Source: Octopus vulgaris (taxonomy: Eukaryota). From it: a stretch of DNA of 64,000 nt. A program made the translations under genes and the position numbers. Shown in pieces: positions 63,301 through 64,000 of this stretch. The stretch covers positions 20,026,001 through 20,090,000 of the forward strand of contig OX597838.1 of NCBI GenBank assembly GCA_951406725.2. The letters run 5' to 3'. The notes under the pieces were generated by a model. That model did no database searches and was not told the origin of the DNA. It saw only the letters and a program-made list of their open reading frames with translations. How positions within the stretch are numbered: position 1 is the first letter of the stretch; each line of letters starts with the position of its first letter.

Positions 63301-64000
63301 GACCAGAGGACTAATTATGAAAGGAGAGGTGTTGTGGGGACAGGACTAGAAGCTATTGTAACCAAAGTAGATATAAGAATAGGACATGATTATATGGCAA
63401 TATGACAAAAGGAGTAAAGATAGGACAAGAAAAAATAGAAACTAATGAGGGAAGTATAGTAATAGGGCAAAAAGTAATGAAAGCAAGAGAGGATTGTGAG
63501 AGAACAGTATGTAGTTACAGAAGAAAAGAAAGTGACAATAAGACAAGAGAAATTGTAATAGGACAATGAATGTAGGTTTACTATAGGACAAAGTGAATGA
63601 AAAATATAATGAGAAATATTAATAAAACAGTACAAATGAAAGCAAGAATGAAATGGCAGGAGGAATAAAATTGAGGAGAGGTTGGTGAAAAAACCAAACT
63701 TGCTACCTTCAATTTGGTCTACCGTACATGGCTATTCTCATCCATAGTCATGAATGTTGAGTAATGACCATATGAGTACAATTGTGAATACACGTTGCTA
63801 AAATAGGATTCCTCCAAAGGATAGTGAGCAGAGAAAATGGATATATGAAGTGGTTGGTACAAAACCAGAACATGAATGTAAAGACATATAAATAGTATAG
63901 AAATAGATTAGGTCAGAAACAGGACAAGAGGAAGTGAATACTGGATCAACAGAGATGGTGATGACTAAAGTAATAAAAATAGAACAAGCGTAGTGGATGA

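Noticed and set aside
62813-63635. His/Leu/Ser/Tyr-rich minus-strand ORFs
   Set aside because: Translations of a degenerate purine-rich tandem repeat.
42523-64000. Promoter and first non-coding exon of the DUF3715 gene
   Set aside because: Implied by the acceptor at 42523, but no CpG-rich promoter or unambiguous exon could be located by eye.

Overview
AT-rich, repeat-dense eukaryotic DNA whose SINE families look like those of Octopus (coleoid cephalopod; inferred, not searched). Two convergent host genes were reconstructed by hand from GT-AG junctions. (1) The last two coding exons of NDUFS6 (complex I 13 kDa zinc-finger subunit, + strand, 2102-2221 and 4040-4165), in which two of the four zinc ligands are Ser instead of Cys and a ~24 aa C-terminal extension is present. 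(2) An 11-coding-exon, ~3503 aa DUF3715 (pseudo-PARP) gene of the TEX15/TASOR family on the - strand (ATG 42509, stop 13819), with a 7209 bp internal exon. Its long disordered body carries five DPR motifs, an EEGEL motif and a PxVxL motif, and it ends in an unassigned helical region. The rest is intron or intergenic DNA with three tRNA-derived SINE families, RTE-type LINE remnants, piggyBac-type MITEs, Tc1, piggyBac and Gypsy remnants, hammerhead-like repeats, near-perfect hairpins, and a TIR element with a telomere-like interior and a tandemly amplified end. No host exon was recognised beyond 42522. Family assignments rest on recalled motifs; no search was run, and repeat boundaries are approximate.
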